A program made the position numbers and the translations under genes. The notes beneath the pieces are model-generated. The model was not told the origin of the DNA. It saw only the letters and a list, made by a program, of their open reading frames with translations, and searched no databases. Shown here piece by piece: positions 1 through 13,559 of a DNA stretch of 64,000 nucleotides. Source of the stretch: the human T2T-CHM13v2.0 reference genome, Homo sapiens. How positions within the stretch are numbered: the first letter of the stretch is position 1; the number at the start of each line of letters is the position of its first letter. Location: the NCBI RefSeq assembly GCF_009914755.1, contig NC_060937.1; one strand, 5' to 3'.

Positions 1-174
1 TAGTCAAATCAGACAGGACACTTGATAATCCTTGGTCACCATAAAGTGATAAGCATCATACCTCTCACAGCTACATCCAACCCAAAGGAGTATCTGGTAC
101 AATTAATTACCTTGAGGCCAGAGATAAAGAAAGTTGACAGTCAGGTGGTTGGTACCTGTGTTGATCAGGAAGTG

Positions 175-560
175 AAAAATGCTATGGATTACAAACAACT
201 GTAGAAGCTCAGTGACTCAAATAGTTTTATTTCTTGCTCACCTCACAGTCCAATGTGGTTTAATGAATTGGGGGTAGAGGCTCTGCTCCACACTCACGCA
301 GGGACCCAGTGGCTCACTATCCCAGGGGTCATGAGTCCTCATGGGATGTCCTGTGTCAGGTTAACCCACAAGGAGTGTATGGCGGTTTGAGTGGGCGGTT
401 TTAGGCACTAGATCTGGGAGTTACATGTAACACTTCCAGTTCATATCTCATTAGTCAGAATCCAGTTGGCAGTGGGGACTGGAAAAAGGTAATCTTCCCA
501 CTTTCCCAGGAAGAAAACGAAACAAGAATTTGTGAACATACGGCACTGCCTCTGCCACTA
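175..560 (-). mobile_element. Old MaLR solo LTR (MLT1J/K-like), degraded
   Basis: Contains ttatttcttgctca, ctctgctcca, gggacccag and ends ...gaacata...tctgccac, resembling reverse-strand MLT1 LTRs; boundaries approximate. Confidence 0.55.
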
Positions 561-2014
561 CTTCCCTTTTTCTACTTTGCCTAGCAAGCTCCAATAAACA
601 GGACATTTTCCCTTCCAAATATGCCAATGAGGATCCTTGATTTAGTCGAACTGTGTGGTAAACTTGAAATGACTTGGATAAACTAATCAACAGTCATCTG
701 TTGCAGACATGCAGGTTTTGGGATGGTCCCCAGATTTTCCAGTATATGCATGTTGCTGGGAGATTGTGGGAGGAATAAGATGTGAGGTCAAAAGGACATT
801 CTTGCTTTTATGTAATTGTTTTTCTACTTAAAGTTTTACAAAATAGTTACTCAAAGTACTTGCCCAGTTAGTGCATATATCTTTAGGTCAGTGTGTTCCT
901 TTATGTTCTCGCAATCTCTTGATGTTTTTTAAGCTTTATATTTATGTAAGGGTGGGTGGGGGATAAAAAGAGATATTAGAAGTAGATAAAGCATAGAGAA
1001 TACTAAGGAGAGGTCCAGGAACAGACCTGCATCCTGAAGAACATAATTATGTTGTTACATTTGCAAAATGCAAAGACAAGTATTCAAGAACGTGAACTAA
1101 GGGTAAAGTGCTCGCCTGTGTGTATTGTATGTCTGGGTGTGTGTTGGTGGGTGTGTGAGTGACTTGCTGAACTCTATTTCTGTAAAACTTAAAGTAGAAA
1201 AAGTATGATTCTAAGGGCAGCATAGTAGGAATGAGCTCCTGGAACAGCATCAAGCAAACAGGCGACCTTCCTCTTCCCAACCTGGGTGCCAATGGTGACA
1301 TATATGTGAGGGAGGTGCCTCCACATGCCTCTTCCCATCTGCTTCCTAGGTTTTTTTAACAGAATGGAAATTCTGAGAGTCACAGCAAAGCCAGAGCCAC
1401 TGCTGTCAGTTGGCCCAAGGACACCTGCCCTCACGGTGTTTGGCACAACCCAAGTCACCTACACTTTAATAAGGTCAGCAATCCAGGCCCGTCCGCTGCA
1501 GGAACTGCACGTGCATTAGAAGGCTGTTGTTCCCAGGTGTCTCTCCTTAGGAGAGCAAAGAAGCCATGAAACAGAGAAATTTGAGGACCCAGAAAGTGAA
1601 GCATAAGGACTGTTTAGCATCTGATGGGGGCCCTCTTTAGACCCTTGTTTCTGTGGAAAGTCTCCCACCTGTGTAGTTCTTGCCTGCATCTCTCTTCTGG
1701 GTCTCTCCTGGCGTAATTTTACCATCTGTCATAGGGAGTATTCTGGGAGAGGCCTTCCTATTCTTGTAACCTGCAGAGGAATGACAGATGAATGTGGGGG
1801 AAGGGGAAGCACATGTCCTCCTCTCTGAGTGGGCTTGTGTGACTTCAAGTCAAGCAGAGCTATAATTGCAAATGAGCTTTTGAAAGGAATATACTCTCAA
1901 ATGTCAAGGGTTGCATCTTCCTTAACTGTCTTTCTGTTTGCCGTCTATCTTTTTTTCCTGAAATTTGTTTTTGATAAAGGGGAGAATCTTACTCCCCAAA
2001 AATAAAAATATTGG

Positions 2015-2190
2015 GACTAGGTATAGGGGGAGAAGTTGACTACAAAAGAGCAGCACAAAAGAGTTTTGGGAGGTGAGAATTTTCTATATCCTGATTGTGG
2101 TAATGATTACCTGACTCCATGCATTTATTAAAACTCATGGAACTCCACACCCAAAAAGTGACTTACTGTTTATAAAGTAAAAAGTAAATT
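2015..2190 (+). mobile_element. Old L1 (L1MC/L1ME-type) 3' end fragment
   Basis: ttctatatcctgattgtggtaatgattac...aaaactcatggaactccacac is typical of L1M 3' UTR ends. Confidence 0.65.
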
Positions 2191-2299
2191 TGCAAACACT
2201 TCAGACATGTCAGTAGGCATTGTAGCTCCCTTTATGAAAATGATAATGATGTTAATTAAAGGGACAAGAAAACATTTATTTAAATCGATTAAATTGTCC

Positions 2300-2599
2300 T
2301 ACTCTATCCAATATGGTAGACACTAGCACATGTGGCTGTTGAGCACTTAAAATGAATAGAACAAATGGAAATAAGTGTAAAATACACAGCCATTTCAAGG
2401 ACTTCATGCAAGAGAGAATGTAAATATCTCATTAACATTTTATATTCATTACATATTGAAATGGTAATGCTTTGGATATATGGGATTAAATAGTATGTAT
2501 TATTAAAATTAATTTTATCTGGTTCTTTGTATTTATTATGGCTACCAGAAAATTTAAAGTTACATTTGTGATTCACACTGCTTCTATTGGACACTGCTG
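2300..2599 (-). mobile_element. MER33 (hAT-Charlie) DNA transposon
   Basis: ccaatatggtagacactagcacatgtggctgttgagcacttaaaatg...ttctattggacactgctg matches the reverse complement of the MER33 consensus over about 300 bp. Confidence 0.85.
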
Positions 2600-2832
2600 A
2601 GCTGATACTATGTACCAAGAGTAAGAGAATTATGGAATTAGTAACTAGTTTGGAAACTCCCTTGTCACTTACCCACTCCCCTGCAATTTTATACTCGTTA
2701 TCCAAAGCTTGTTCTTAGCCATCAGCTATTTCTTCTCTATGTTCCATTTTGTTATGGAACCAAGACTTGAAGTATAATCTGTAATCAAATGACTCCTAAA
2801 TATTGATATCCTGATCCTACATCTATCTAAAC

Positions 2833-3059
2833 CAGTGGTTTTCCAACCAGGGCTGATGTTGTGCCACCTCCTCCCCCAGGGGACATCTGACAATGTCTGG
2901 ATACTCTTAATTGTCACAACTTGGGGAATGAGAATACTACTGGCATCTGGTGGACAGAGGCCAAAGATGGTGCTAAGCATCTTACAGTAAGCAGGACAGC
3001 CCTCAGAATCGAGAACCACTCAGTCTAAAATGTCAATACTGCTGAGGTTGAGAAACACT
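2833..3059 (+). mobile_element. MER20 DNA transposon
   Basis: cagtggttttccaacc...ccccaggggacatctgacaatgtctgga...gctgaggttgagaaacact, near full-length MER20 with terminal inverted repeats. Confidence 0.9.
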
Positions 3060-3869
3060 TGTAAATATTTGTCAATATCCTCATTGATATAACAAATGTA
3101 TATTGATAACCTATAATGTAAAACTATGCCAAGTATTTTGAGGAAATCAAAGATAAATTAGATATAGACCCTACATTTACCATACTTACAGAGATAAAAT
3201 TCACAATTGTTTGAAACAGAGTAGGTGATCAATGATGTCAAAATAAGATAATGTCATAAGAAGAGATTATGATAAGTGATAGGTAAAAATATGGATGAGT
3301 TCTCACTTGCATTGTTTTCAAAAGCCAACGTAATATTTCTAGTTGGATATCCTTAAATCTTACACAGCTAAAACTTAACTCACCAACTTTCCCTATCACC
3401 ACAAGAAATCATTTTCTAAGTATATCATTATTCATTTAATCTCCTAGGTTTATCTCTTCTGTCTTCTACATTTCTTATTAAGATTTTTAAATTAAATTCT
3501 GTAATGTACTTAATATCAATAATCTTGCTCATTTTTCTTTTTTTCCAAATGTGGGCAAACAATTTTAGGAACTTACTGGTGCATTAAAAAGTTTAAATAT
3601 ACAATATGGTCCCAGCAAGTAATTTAGTGAAGGAGGTATGTGAAATGCCAAAATAGGATGACTACTATGCAGATAGTAAATAACTGACAAATAAATGATA
3701 GGGATAAATATCATAGAAATTCTGGGGAAAATAATATCAATATAAAAATATGGAAGCCTAGAGCAATTTGCACATTATTCTATTTCAGATTCTCATACCT
3801 GTATTGCTAAAATAGACTGTTCTACAATTCCTGCTCTAAAACTCCCAAGTGTTATTTTTAGTTAAAATT

Positions 3870-4400
3870 TCCTAAAATATATATTTTATCATGGCATTTC
3901 TTCTGCTCCAGAGTCTACAATCACTTCCTCTTCTCTAAGACATTAAACATCTAAACTCCTCTTCTCATGTTTAAAGGCATTCTACAATTTGACCCAAACC
4001 TATCTTCATTTCCCACTATGCCCTAATATGCAAACACCACACCAGCCAGGTTGGCCTATTCATAAGCCCCGGCCTCTGTGTTTTTGCAGGCCTCTCTCCT
4101 CTCCTTCCCTTTGTTAATATTAATTCAAGCCATCTTTCCAGGTTCATCTCAAGCTCCTTGAAGCTTTCCCTGCCTCTCCAGGGCATGCTCTTTCCCTTCT
4201 TTGAATTCCTTTGCACTCATAATAAATACTGTAAAATTTTGAATATTCTTATTCTCTAGAATTTGCACTTGGAATCAATACTGTTTAAGAGTAAATTTTC
4301 TTATTCTCTGGGGTGAAAGAAGTCATGTTGAAATGTCCTTCTGATACCTGAGTTCACTTAACGGAGTCCCTAGAAGGTACTCAATGTCTATTTGCTGGTC
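3870..4400 (+). mobile_element. L2 LINE remnant
   Basis: tctaaactcct...aaggcattctacaatttgacccaaacctatctt and terminal gtactcaat are L2 3'-region hallmarks; highly diverged. Confidence 0.55.
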
Positions 4401-5807
4401 AAAGAAAGAGTTATTGATGTTGTGCAATTGGAAGAATACTACTATGATTCTTCTATCAAAAAGGTATATAACTGATTCCTTTAAATGAACAGATCAAAAA
4501 TCTCTTACATGTAATAAGTGTTACATTTCAAAGCAATTAACTTGAGGACAAAACACATTCTAATTTTCACATGTTTTTAGTACTCCTCTTTAAGAATTTC
4601 TTTGAGAGCCTGTAACACATCCTTTAATATATTCAAAGACTATACATCTTAATTCTGTGAAGGTTAACTTGGCTTTTCAAACTGGCATATAGAGCCAAGT
4701 TGGGGGATTAAGATGGGTGAAGCTGGGAATATCATAAGTGATTTAAAAAAGATGTGCAAAGGGGATCAACAGACTCAGTTTTCCTGTTGATTTTAAACTG
4801 TCTCTGAAGACAGTTTTAAATAAATCCTTGAGTTCTGATTTCACTTGGGATGTAGAAATCTATAGAAGATGTCCTTTCAAATCCAATAATGAAAAAAGTT
4901 TAAAAATTTATAAAATAAAAACTTTTTGAGCCAATCAAAAAGGTAAGGTGTCATAGCAACGAATTAAATTGAGTTCCAGTGAGTTACAAGTCCCTCCAAG
5001 GTAAGATGAAACACATAAATGGCTTCATCTTAGCAGAGTATGGAAGGAAGAGGTGAATATAAGTGGGTATAAAGAAATAACCTAAAATGGTACATGTTTA
5101 AAGGCCAAGTATAGGTAACTAAACAAGTTAGGTATAGCCAGGGGACCCAGATATAAGGGTAATTCATATACACTTGCAATCTCTTTTTCACGTGCTTCCA
5201 TAAGATGTTCACAAGAAATATTGAGGGCAGGGAAAAAGACCCAAGGGACACCTGCTTGGTGGCCCAGGTATTCATGAAACAATTGTACTTTAAGTACAGA
5301 GAAACAAAGATAAGAGTGACAGTATTTTCTCATCAGGAACAATGCAACTACCAAAAGACTTATAAAGACATGAAGAATGCCAGGAAGGCTAGAAATGAAG
5401 GTAAATATAAAATACTTTCTTTTTCTTTCTTCACATTAAAATATAATTAATGTTATAAAGTAAAAATAGCAACACTATATTGTGAGGCTTATAACATGTA
5501 AAACTAAAATGTATGATAACACTAGGCCAAATAATAAAAGAGATAAAAAGAAGGAATTAAGCCTAGAAATCAATAATGAAAATATGTCTGGAAGTCCTCA
5601 AATATTTGAGAATAAAACAATGCATTTTTAAATAACAAATGGGCCAAAGAGGAAATCACAAGGAAAATAGAAAATATTTTGAATTAAGTAAATAAGAACA
5701 CAACATCAATATGTGTGGGACACAGGTAAAGCAGTGCTCGGAGGCAAATTTATAGCATTAAATATCCGTATTAGAAAACAAGAAGACTCTCAAATCAGTA
5801 ATCTACA

Positions 5808-6072
5808 TCAGAGGTCAGTAAACTTTCTCTCTAAAGTTTACTGAGAATGGCCAGATCATCAATATTTGAGGCTTTGTAGATCATATAGTCCCTTTTATAA
5901 CTACTCAGCACTATGTTTCAGTGTGAAGACAGCCATAGACAATATATAAACAAGTTTATCTATGTTTCACTACAACTTTATTAATGGACACTGAAATTTG
6001 AATTTTATCTAATTTTCACATGCCACAAAATATTACTCTTTTAATTTTTTTCAATCTTGTAAAAATGTAAAA
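5808..6072 (+). mobile_element. MER58B (hAT-Charlie) DNA transposon
   Basis: cagaggtcagtaaactttct...ggccaga...cagccatagacaatatataaac...atggacactgaaatttgaatttt matches MER58B. Confidence 0.8.
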
Positions 6073-6823
6073 CTGATGCTACAAAATTTAACAATACCAA
6101 TCAACATATCAGCAGGAATTTTTTTGGTAGAAATTGCTAAGTTCATTCTACAATATATATGAAAAAGCAAAGGACCTAGTGGAGAATTCATACTATGTAG
6201 TTTCAAAGTTTACCAGAAAGATGTACTGATCAAAATGCTCTTGTATTGGCATGAGGATAGACATAAATCAATGGAATAGTATAGACAGTCCAGAAAGAGA
6301 ACCAGACATTTACTTCCCTTGAGTTTTGACAAGGGCGTCTTGGTAATTTATTGAGGAAAAGATAATTTTCAACAAATTATATTCAAATTAGATATTCAGC
6401 TAGAAATAAAAAATATATCTCAATCCATATATCATGTTATAGATATGAATTAACTCAAAATGAATCATAGACTAAGTGTAAGAGCTAAGCTATAAAACAT
6501 CCATTAGAAGAACACATAGGAAAAAATCTTTGTAATCTTTGGTTTGAACATATATTTTTAGATAGGACACAAAAGGCACAAACCATAAAAGAAAAAATTG
6601 CATAACTTCACTTCATCAAAATTAAAAACATCTGCTCTGGAAAATACTGTTAAGAAAATGAAAATACAAGACAAAGACTGGGAGAAAATAATTTTAATTT
6701 TAAAATACATATCTGATAAAGAATGTGTATCAAGAATATATGAAGAACTGAAAGTAAGAAAAACAATACAACTAAAGGACAGCCAGAAGATTTGAGCAGG
6801 CACTTCATAAAAAAAGAAATACA

Positions 6824-7150
6824 GGCTGGGTGTAGTGGCTCACACCTGTAATCCCAGCACTTCGGGAGGCTGAGATGGCAGGGTCATTTGAGCCCAGGAG
6901 TTTGAGACCAGCCTGGCAACATAGACCCCTCATGTTTACAAAAATCAAAACAAAAATATTAGCCAGGTGTCGTGGTGCATGCTGGTAGTCCCAGCTACTC
7001 TGCAAGCTGAGATGGGAGGATCACTTGAGCCCAGGAGGTCAAGGCTTCGGTGAGCCATGATCATACCACTGCATTCAGTCTGGGCAACAGAGGGAGATCC
7101 TGTCTCAAAAAAAAGAAAAAAAGAAAGAAAAGAAACTAAAACAAAAAAGA
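6824..7150 (+). mobile_element. AluJ SINE
   Basis: Dimeric Alu with J-type ttgagcccaggag in both arms and an A-rich tail; TSD-like aagaaataca / agagataca. Confidence 0.95.
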
Positions 7151-7276
7151 AGAGAGATACAAAAGGCATATAAACCAATGAAAAGATGCTCAATGACATC
7201 GAAAAACTATTAATACAAATTAAAGCCACTATGAGACACCACTACAACCTATTAAAATGGCTAACATTTAAAAATA

Positions 7277-7573
<297 letters not shown>

Positions 7574-8350
7574 CTAAGATTTAAAAACTAAAAGCTGACA
7601 ATAGAAAAGACTAGAAAAGATGCAACACATCTGAAACTCTCACACATTGCTGGTCAGAATGCAAAATGTCACAGCAACTTTATAAAATGATTTAACAGTT
7701 TATTGTAAAGTTAAACCTACACTTAATGTACAACATACAACCCAGCAATGCCACTCCTGAGTATTTAGCCACACACAAAAAAATGTGGCTACACAAAGGC
7801 CTACCTGCAAAATTTATTCAGAACTGCCAAGAAATAACTATCAACTGATGAGTGGATAAACATATTACTTTACACTCATACAAGGAGATATTACTCAGTG
7901 ATAAAAAGCAACCAACTCTTGGTGCATGCAACAACATGGATGAGTCTCAAAAGCATAAAACTAAGTTTAAAAAGACAGATGTAAAGACTACATACTGCAT
8001 GAGTCCGTTTACACGACATTCTGCACAAATCAAAACTATAGTGTAAGGAATCATATCAGTGATTTCTCAGTGCTGGGGAGTTGAGGAATGGTTGACTCCA
8101 AAGGAGCACATGGAAATTTTGGGGTGAAGGAAATATTCTCTATGTTAATTGTGGTAGTGGTTTCCTAACCATATACACATCTCAAAGTTTATGAAATTAA
8201 ACTCTTAAAATGATAAATTCTGTGTTATGCAACTTCAACTTCAACAAACCTGACTTTTAAAAAATAATCAAAGTAGGAATAAAGCATAATTAGAAAAAAA
8301 CATACAAACTCGATGTGCTCAATCTGCATTACCCTTATTTGACTACATTA

Positions 8351-8692
<342 letters not shown>

Positions 8693-9178
8693 TCATATTA
8701 AGCAATTTATTTTTATTTTTCACCTGTAATAGTGGGGTAGCTTTGAGGTAGCAGAATACTTGGTGATAAGAGCCTTGTCCTTCCAGGCAGGTCCCACAGA
8801 TAGCTGTTAACTGGCAAAGCCAAGGTTTCTGTGGAAATCTTCATCTGCCCTGTTTGCTGCTATGTGCTACTCTCAACTCCAACTTTCCCTCACTGGTCAA
8901 GCACACTCTTGGGCAAGATAAATGTGTGATTTGCAACACCTGTAAAAGCCCTGCTCATTCCAGGGCAGCTATGATGATGGGGTGGTGGGAGTTGACTGCA
9001 GGTCATCTCCCTTCAGGTCTTTACTGGCAAATTTTAGGATTCAGCGACCTCTCAGTGAAGCTAAAAGGTGGTAGAAGATGGTAATCAAGTCATCAGAAGT
9101 AGAATGAATGCTATTGGAAAAGCAGAGCTACCTTAGCTGGGGAGAATGAGACTGAAGCTCTCTCTTCCTGCACCTCTT

Positions 9179-9228
9179 TGTGTGTGTGTGTGTGTGTGTG
9201 TGTGCATGCTTGCGCACGTGTGTGTGTG
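9179..9228. repeat. (TG)n microsatellite, interrupted
   Basis: About 13 TG units, a short spacer, then more TG. Confidence 0.95.
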
Positions 9229-9499
9229 TTGGAGGGTAGAGCAGAACTCAGATAAATGGGCCAGATCAATTAAATAAGACCTCAATACCAACATTTAGAC
9301 TTTTAGCACTGCCCATTTGTATTCATACTCAGCAACCCATTTGTCAAACTCCCATCACAGTTGGCTATGTTGGTATGTAATAATAAATTGATTTTAGGCA
9401 CTACTTGACATCTGGGTCTTTTGTGAGCATTGCCCAATTGTATGAGCTGGCATATAGGACTCCAGCAGCAGGAAACAGGTGCTTTCTTGTGCAGTGGTT

Positions 9500-9665
9500 T
9501 CTTTTTCACACATTTATCTCTTTCAATCCTCACAGCGATGATCTGAGGTGAATGCAATTGTCCTTATCTCCAAAAATGGGGATCTTGACCAAGATCAGGT
9601 ATATCACAAGTTATAAGTGAAACCACAGATAGCCAGGCCAGGCCCCCAAGCCTTCTGATTGTAAG
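9500..9665 (-). mobile_element. MIR SINE
   Basis: atctctttcaatcctcacagc...tgaggt...cttgaccaagatca is the reverse MIR core. Confidence 0.6.
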
Positions 9666-9870
9666 TCTAAATGTGTGAGTCTCCCTGGAAAACCTGCCAG
9701 TGCACTCTCTGCAGGATTGTCTATTTCTGCTGGGTCTTCTGCAGAATCCTGCTCTGCCTTCTCCATGATGGACTGCCAGGACTCAAAACCTCTTTGAATC
9801 GGGGGCTCTTTTCATCCAACTGGACATTGTCAGTTCATGTCTACTTGTCCTTCTTGTTTTCTAAGCTTTA

Positions 9871-10062
9871 ATGGAGATCTTTATGTCAAGGGAAATAAGC
9901 CACAGGAAGACAAATATTGCATGTTCTCACTCATATGTGGGAGCTAAAAAAGTGGATCTCATGGAGGTAGAGAGTAGAGTGACATTTACCAGAGGCTGGG
10001 GAGGGAAGGAGGAGGAGAGGATGAAGAGAAATCTGTTTGGGGGTACAAGAATAGTTAGAAGA
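9871..10062 (+). mobile_element. L1MA-type 3' fragment (part 1)
   Basis: gaaataagcca...gacaaatattgcatgttctcactcatatgtgggagctaaaaaagtggatctcatggaggtagagagtaga. Confidence 0.85.
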
Positions 10063-10409
10063 TATTTTTTAAAAGACAAAAAAAAATAGTCCCTTTCTAT
10101 ATTTCCAAATCTTCAAACAACCCCCTAGAACAAAGGCTTTGGCATGATAGTTGACATAGATAGAATGATAGTATGCATGTAGTCTTTTATGTCTCTCTGT
10201 GTTAACTGATTTCCAAGTTTTGAGAATCATTCAAGTTGTGTATATCACTCTATTGTATAGATACACCTTCATTTGATTGTCCATTCACCAGATGATGGAC
10301 TTTACCCACTATTTTTATAAGGTTGTTTGTCTTCTTTTATTGAATTTACAAGTTTTTAGTATACTCTGAATGCCAATCTATCAAATGTATGTATTACAAT
10401 CTGTATTGC

Positions 10410-10640
10410 AGATACAGTTAGATAAAAGGAATAAGTTCTAGTATTTGATAGTATAGTAATCATAGTTAATAATAATGTATTGTGCATTCCAAAATAACTA
10501 GAAGAGAAGAATTGTACTGTTCCCAACACAAAGAAAAGATAAATGTTTGAGGCAATGGCTATCCCAATTACCCTGATTTGATCATTATACATTGTATATT
10601 TGTATCAAAATATCACATGTACCTCCCATATTTCTTAAGT
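10410..10640 (+). mobile_element. L1MA-type 3' UTR fragment (part 2)
   Basis: tacagttagataaaaggaataagttcta...ttcccaacacaaagaaaagataaatgtttgagg...ccctgatttgatcattatacattgt. Confidence 0.85.
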
Positions 10641-11024
10641 GGCATAAAAATAAAGAGATAAATGAGAGTGAACAATGCAAAATCACATTGTGATATTCTG
10701 TGGGTTTTCTCGGCTTCATTATGCCACTAGGTATGTTGTTGTGTGAGAGGCAACGTATAAGCTATTTGCTGAGTACATGAAAATAGGCTTATTTTCCTCT
10801 TTACAATTTAGAAAGCATTTCACATGTGACATCTAATTTGATTTAGCCTTGGCAAAAGAGACCAGGCACTGGGGCCAACCATTTCCATAGCAGGGGTTAA
10901 TCGAGGTTACTTCTTTTAAATCAGTATTACTGATCTCTGTACTAAAAGACAGGCATGAAAGAGAAATTCCCTTAATAACTTACTGATGGGGCAAGCAAGG
11001 AACTATAAGCAAACCATCTTAAAC

Positions 11025-11168
11025 CAGAGTTTCTCAACCTACTTCAAGTCATCTGGGGTGCTTGTTAAATATTCTGGGCTCCCATCCATGACTTACTAAT
11101 CCAAACCTCTAAAGACAGTGTCTGGTGATCTGCATTATTTTAATAAGCTGTCCCATTAATTTTTTGCA
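11025..11168. mobile_element. MER5-family DNA transposon fragment
   Basis: cagagtttctcaacct...atctggggtgcttgttaaat...atctgcattattttaataag. Confidence 0.65.
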
Positions 11169-11174
11169 TAATAG

Positions 11175-11477
11175 TTTTTATTTTTATTTTATTATATTGA
11201 GACTGAATCTCACTCTGTTGCCCAGGCCAGAGTGCAATTACAGCTCACTGCAGCCTCATCCTCCTGGGCTCAAGTGATCCTCCTGCCTCAGCCTCCTGAG
11301 TAGCTAGGACCATAAGTGTGTGCCACAACAATTGGCTAAAAATTTTTTTGTATTTTTTGTAGAGACTGAGTCTTGCCATGTTGCCCAGGCTAGTCTTGAA
11401 CTTCTGAGCTTAAGCGGTCTGCCTGCCTCAACCTCCCAAAGTGCTGGGATTATAGTCATGAACCACAATACGTGGCC
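11175..11477 (-). mobile_element. AluJ SINE
   Basis: T-rich tail, then gagactgaatctcactctgttgcccagg...gggctcaagtgatcctcctgcctcagcc...cgtggcc. Confidence 0.93.
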
Positions 11478-12234
11478 AATAATTTATTATTATTATTGTC
11501 CAGCCAGTGGTCATAGGTTGGCTGATTTTGTACAAGATGATACTTTAATGTCCTTCTGATATATTTTCCATGGTCTGCAGTATTCAACTCACTGAGACTG
11601 AGGGAAATATTCTGCCAGACGCCTTGAAAGAGTTAATTAAAATAATTGATCGTGAGGCTAAGTTGAGTGCAACTGTCTTTATGAAGCCACTGTGGTCTCT
11701 TATTAGTTCCCTCATAGTCTGAGAACCAACACTGACATTGATTTTTTGTTAGTTTTGATTATTTTTTTCATTCATTTATCCAAAATTAACACAACTAGAC
11801 TGCTTCAGAAAATAAAAATGTTTAGATTTTGAAGGAAAAAGTGAAATCCTTAATCACTGTGACATTGATACACATTCCGTCTTTGCACTAGATTTCCTCA
11901 GTAATACAAAATGAAACACTTTTGGCTCTGTGACTCCTGGAGAGTTAGGCAGCTAAATTTGGTCACCATCTGAGCCAACAGATGAAGTAGTGGAGGACAA
12001 AATGAAAGTTTCAAATAAGGCATTCTACGAGGTAACGCGCTCGTTGACTACTGAGAAACATAAATAGCATTGACCCATTTGGCTAACTACACAAGGAAAG
12101 AAGGCTGTCATCTGAGGAAGAACCAATGAAGCTGATGCACATTGTCTAAGACTTTTATACTCAAAACAATAAAAAGGCTTGAATATCAATCAGCTTTATC
12201 TTCACTGTTAGTCTGCACCAAGGAGTCACACCCT

Positions 12235-12428
12235 CTGCCTTCCTGATATTTGGGACTAAATAATTCTTTGTTGAGGGGGCTGTCCTGTGTGTTGTAAAAT
12301 GTTTAGCAGAACCCCTGGCCTCCACCCATTAGGCGCCCACCCGAGACCCAGTTGGGACCAAGAAAAATGTCTCCAGACATTTCCAAATGTCTCCTGGGGA
12401 ACAAAATCACCTTGGTGTGAACCACTGA
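12235..12428 (-). mobile_element. MER20 DNA transposon
   Basis: taattctttgttgagggggctgtcctgtg...aatgtctccagacatttccaaatgtctcctgggg...gaaccactg. Confidence 0.88.
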
Positions 12429-13059
12429 TTTCTACCACTAATTTCTGTAATTTTAACTTCTGCGATAAAAATTCTAAAAATTAAAGGAATTCCTTAAGAT
12501 ATGCTTAGCTTAAACATATATTTAAATATTTGAAAGCCACTCAAGAACTATGTCAAGATCAACGATGCAGTAGCAGGGCTAAGCATTCCTATTTCATGTG
12601 TAATGAAACAACTTCCATAATGAGCGGGTGCAAATTGGTATCAGTGGTAAGTGAAGTCTGAAACTGTTAAGATTCAAAGCACGATTAGTTTCAGCATCCT
12701 AAATGTCATGCTTCTAAAGCACTAAAACAAGCTTTTATATGCAAAACAGACTCTGATACCATCCAAAAAGTTGGAAAAGGCCGTTGTTCTCCTCCTTTTA
12801 CATGAAATCCCTTGTAATTCAAATGTATGGATTTCAGAACTCATTCTGTTTTCCCGAACTTAACCTCTGTGAACATCAATCCTTCTGTGCCAGGAGTATA
12901 TTTCTTTACCCATTTCTACTCCATTCCCCAAATCAGTGGAACCAGTGATTTCACTCCTTATGAATTCACTCTTTCCCGATTATTTCCCAGTTAGGTGGTG
13001 TGTAAACTAAGACTAAGTCCCAAAGCCACAGATGGTGGCCAAAAGAAATAAAACTTCAT

Positions 13060-13384
13060 CAGGTGCGGTGGCACCCCCCTGTAATCCCAGCACTTTGGGA
13101 GGCCAAAGCAGGTGGATCACCTGAGGTCAGAAGTTCCTGGACAACATGGTGAAATCCTGTCTCTATTAAAAGTACAATAATCAGCCAGGCATGGTGGCGG
13201 GCACCTGTAATCCCAGCTACTTGGGAGGCTGAGTGAGGTAGGAGAATGGCTTGAATCTGGGAGGCAGAGGTTGCAGTGAGCTGAGATCGTGCTAACGCAC
13301 TCCAGCCTGGGTGACAGACCAAAGACTCAGTCTCAAAAACAAAACAAAATGAAGCAAAACAAAATAACAACAACAAAAAAAAAA
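13060..13384 (+). mobile_element. AluS SINE
   Basis: Dimeric Alu with small internal deletion (gagaccagc missing) and a (CAAAA)n/(CAA)n tail. Confidence 0.93.
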
Positions 13385-13559
13385 CTCATGAAAAGGAGAA
13401 CAGGAAAGAGGGAATAAGAAACCTTGGTAGAAACTCCAGGATGAGGGGCAGGAAACGGGACCCTTGGGAACGAAAGCATAGAACTACCAAGGCCTCCTCT
13501 TGAAAAAGAAAAAAAGAAAAGAAAAATACTCATTAGAACACTTTTTCTTATTGTATAGG

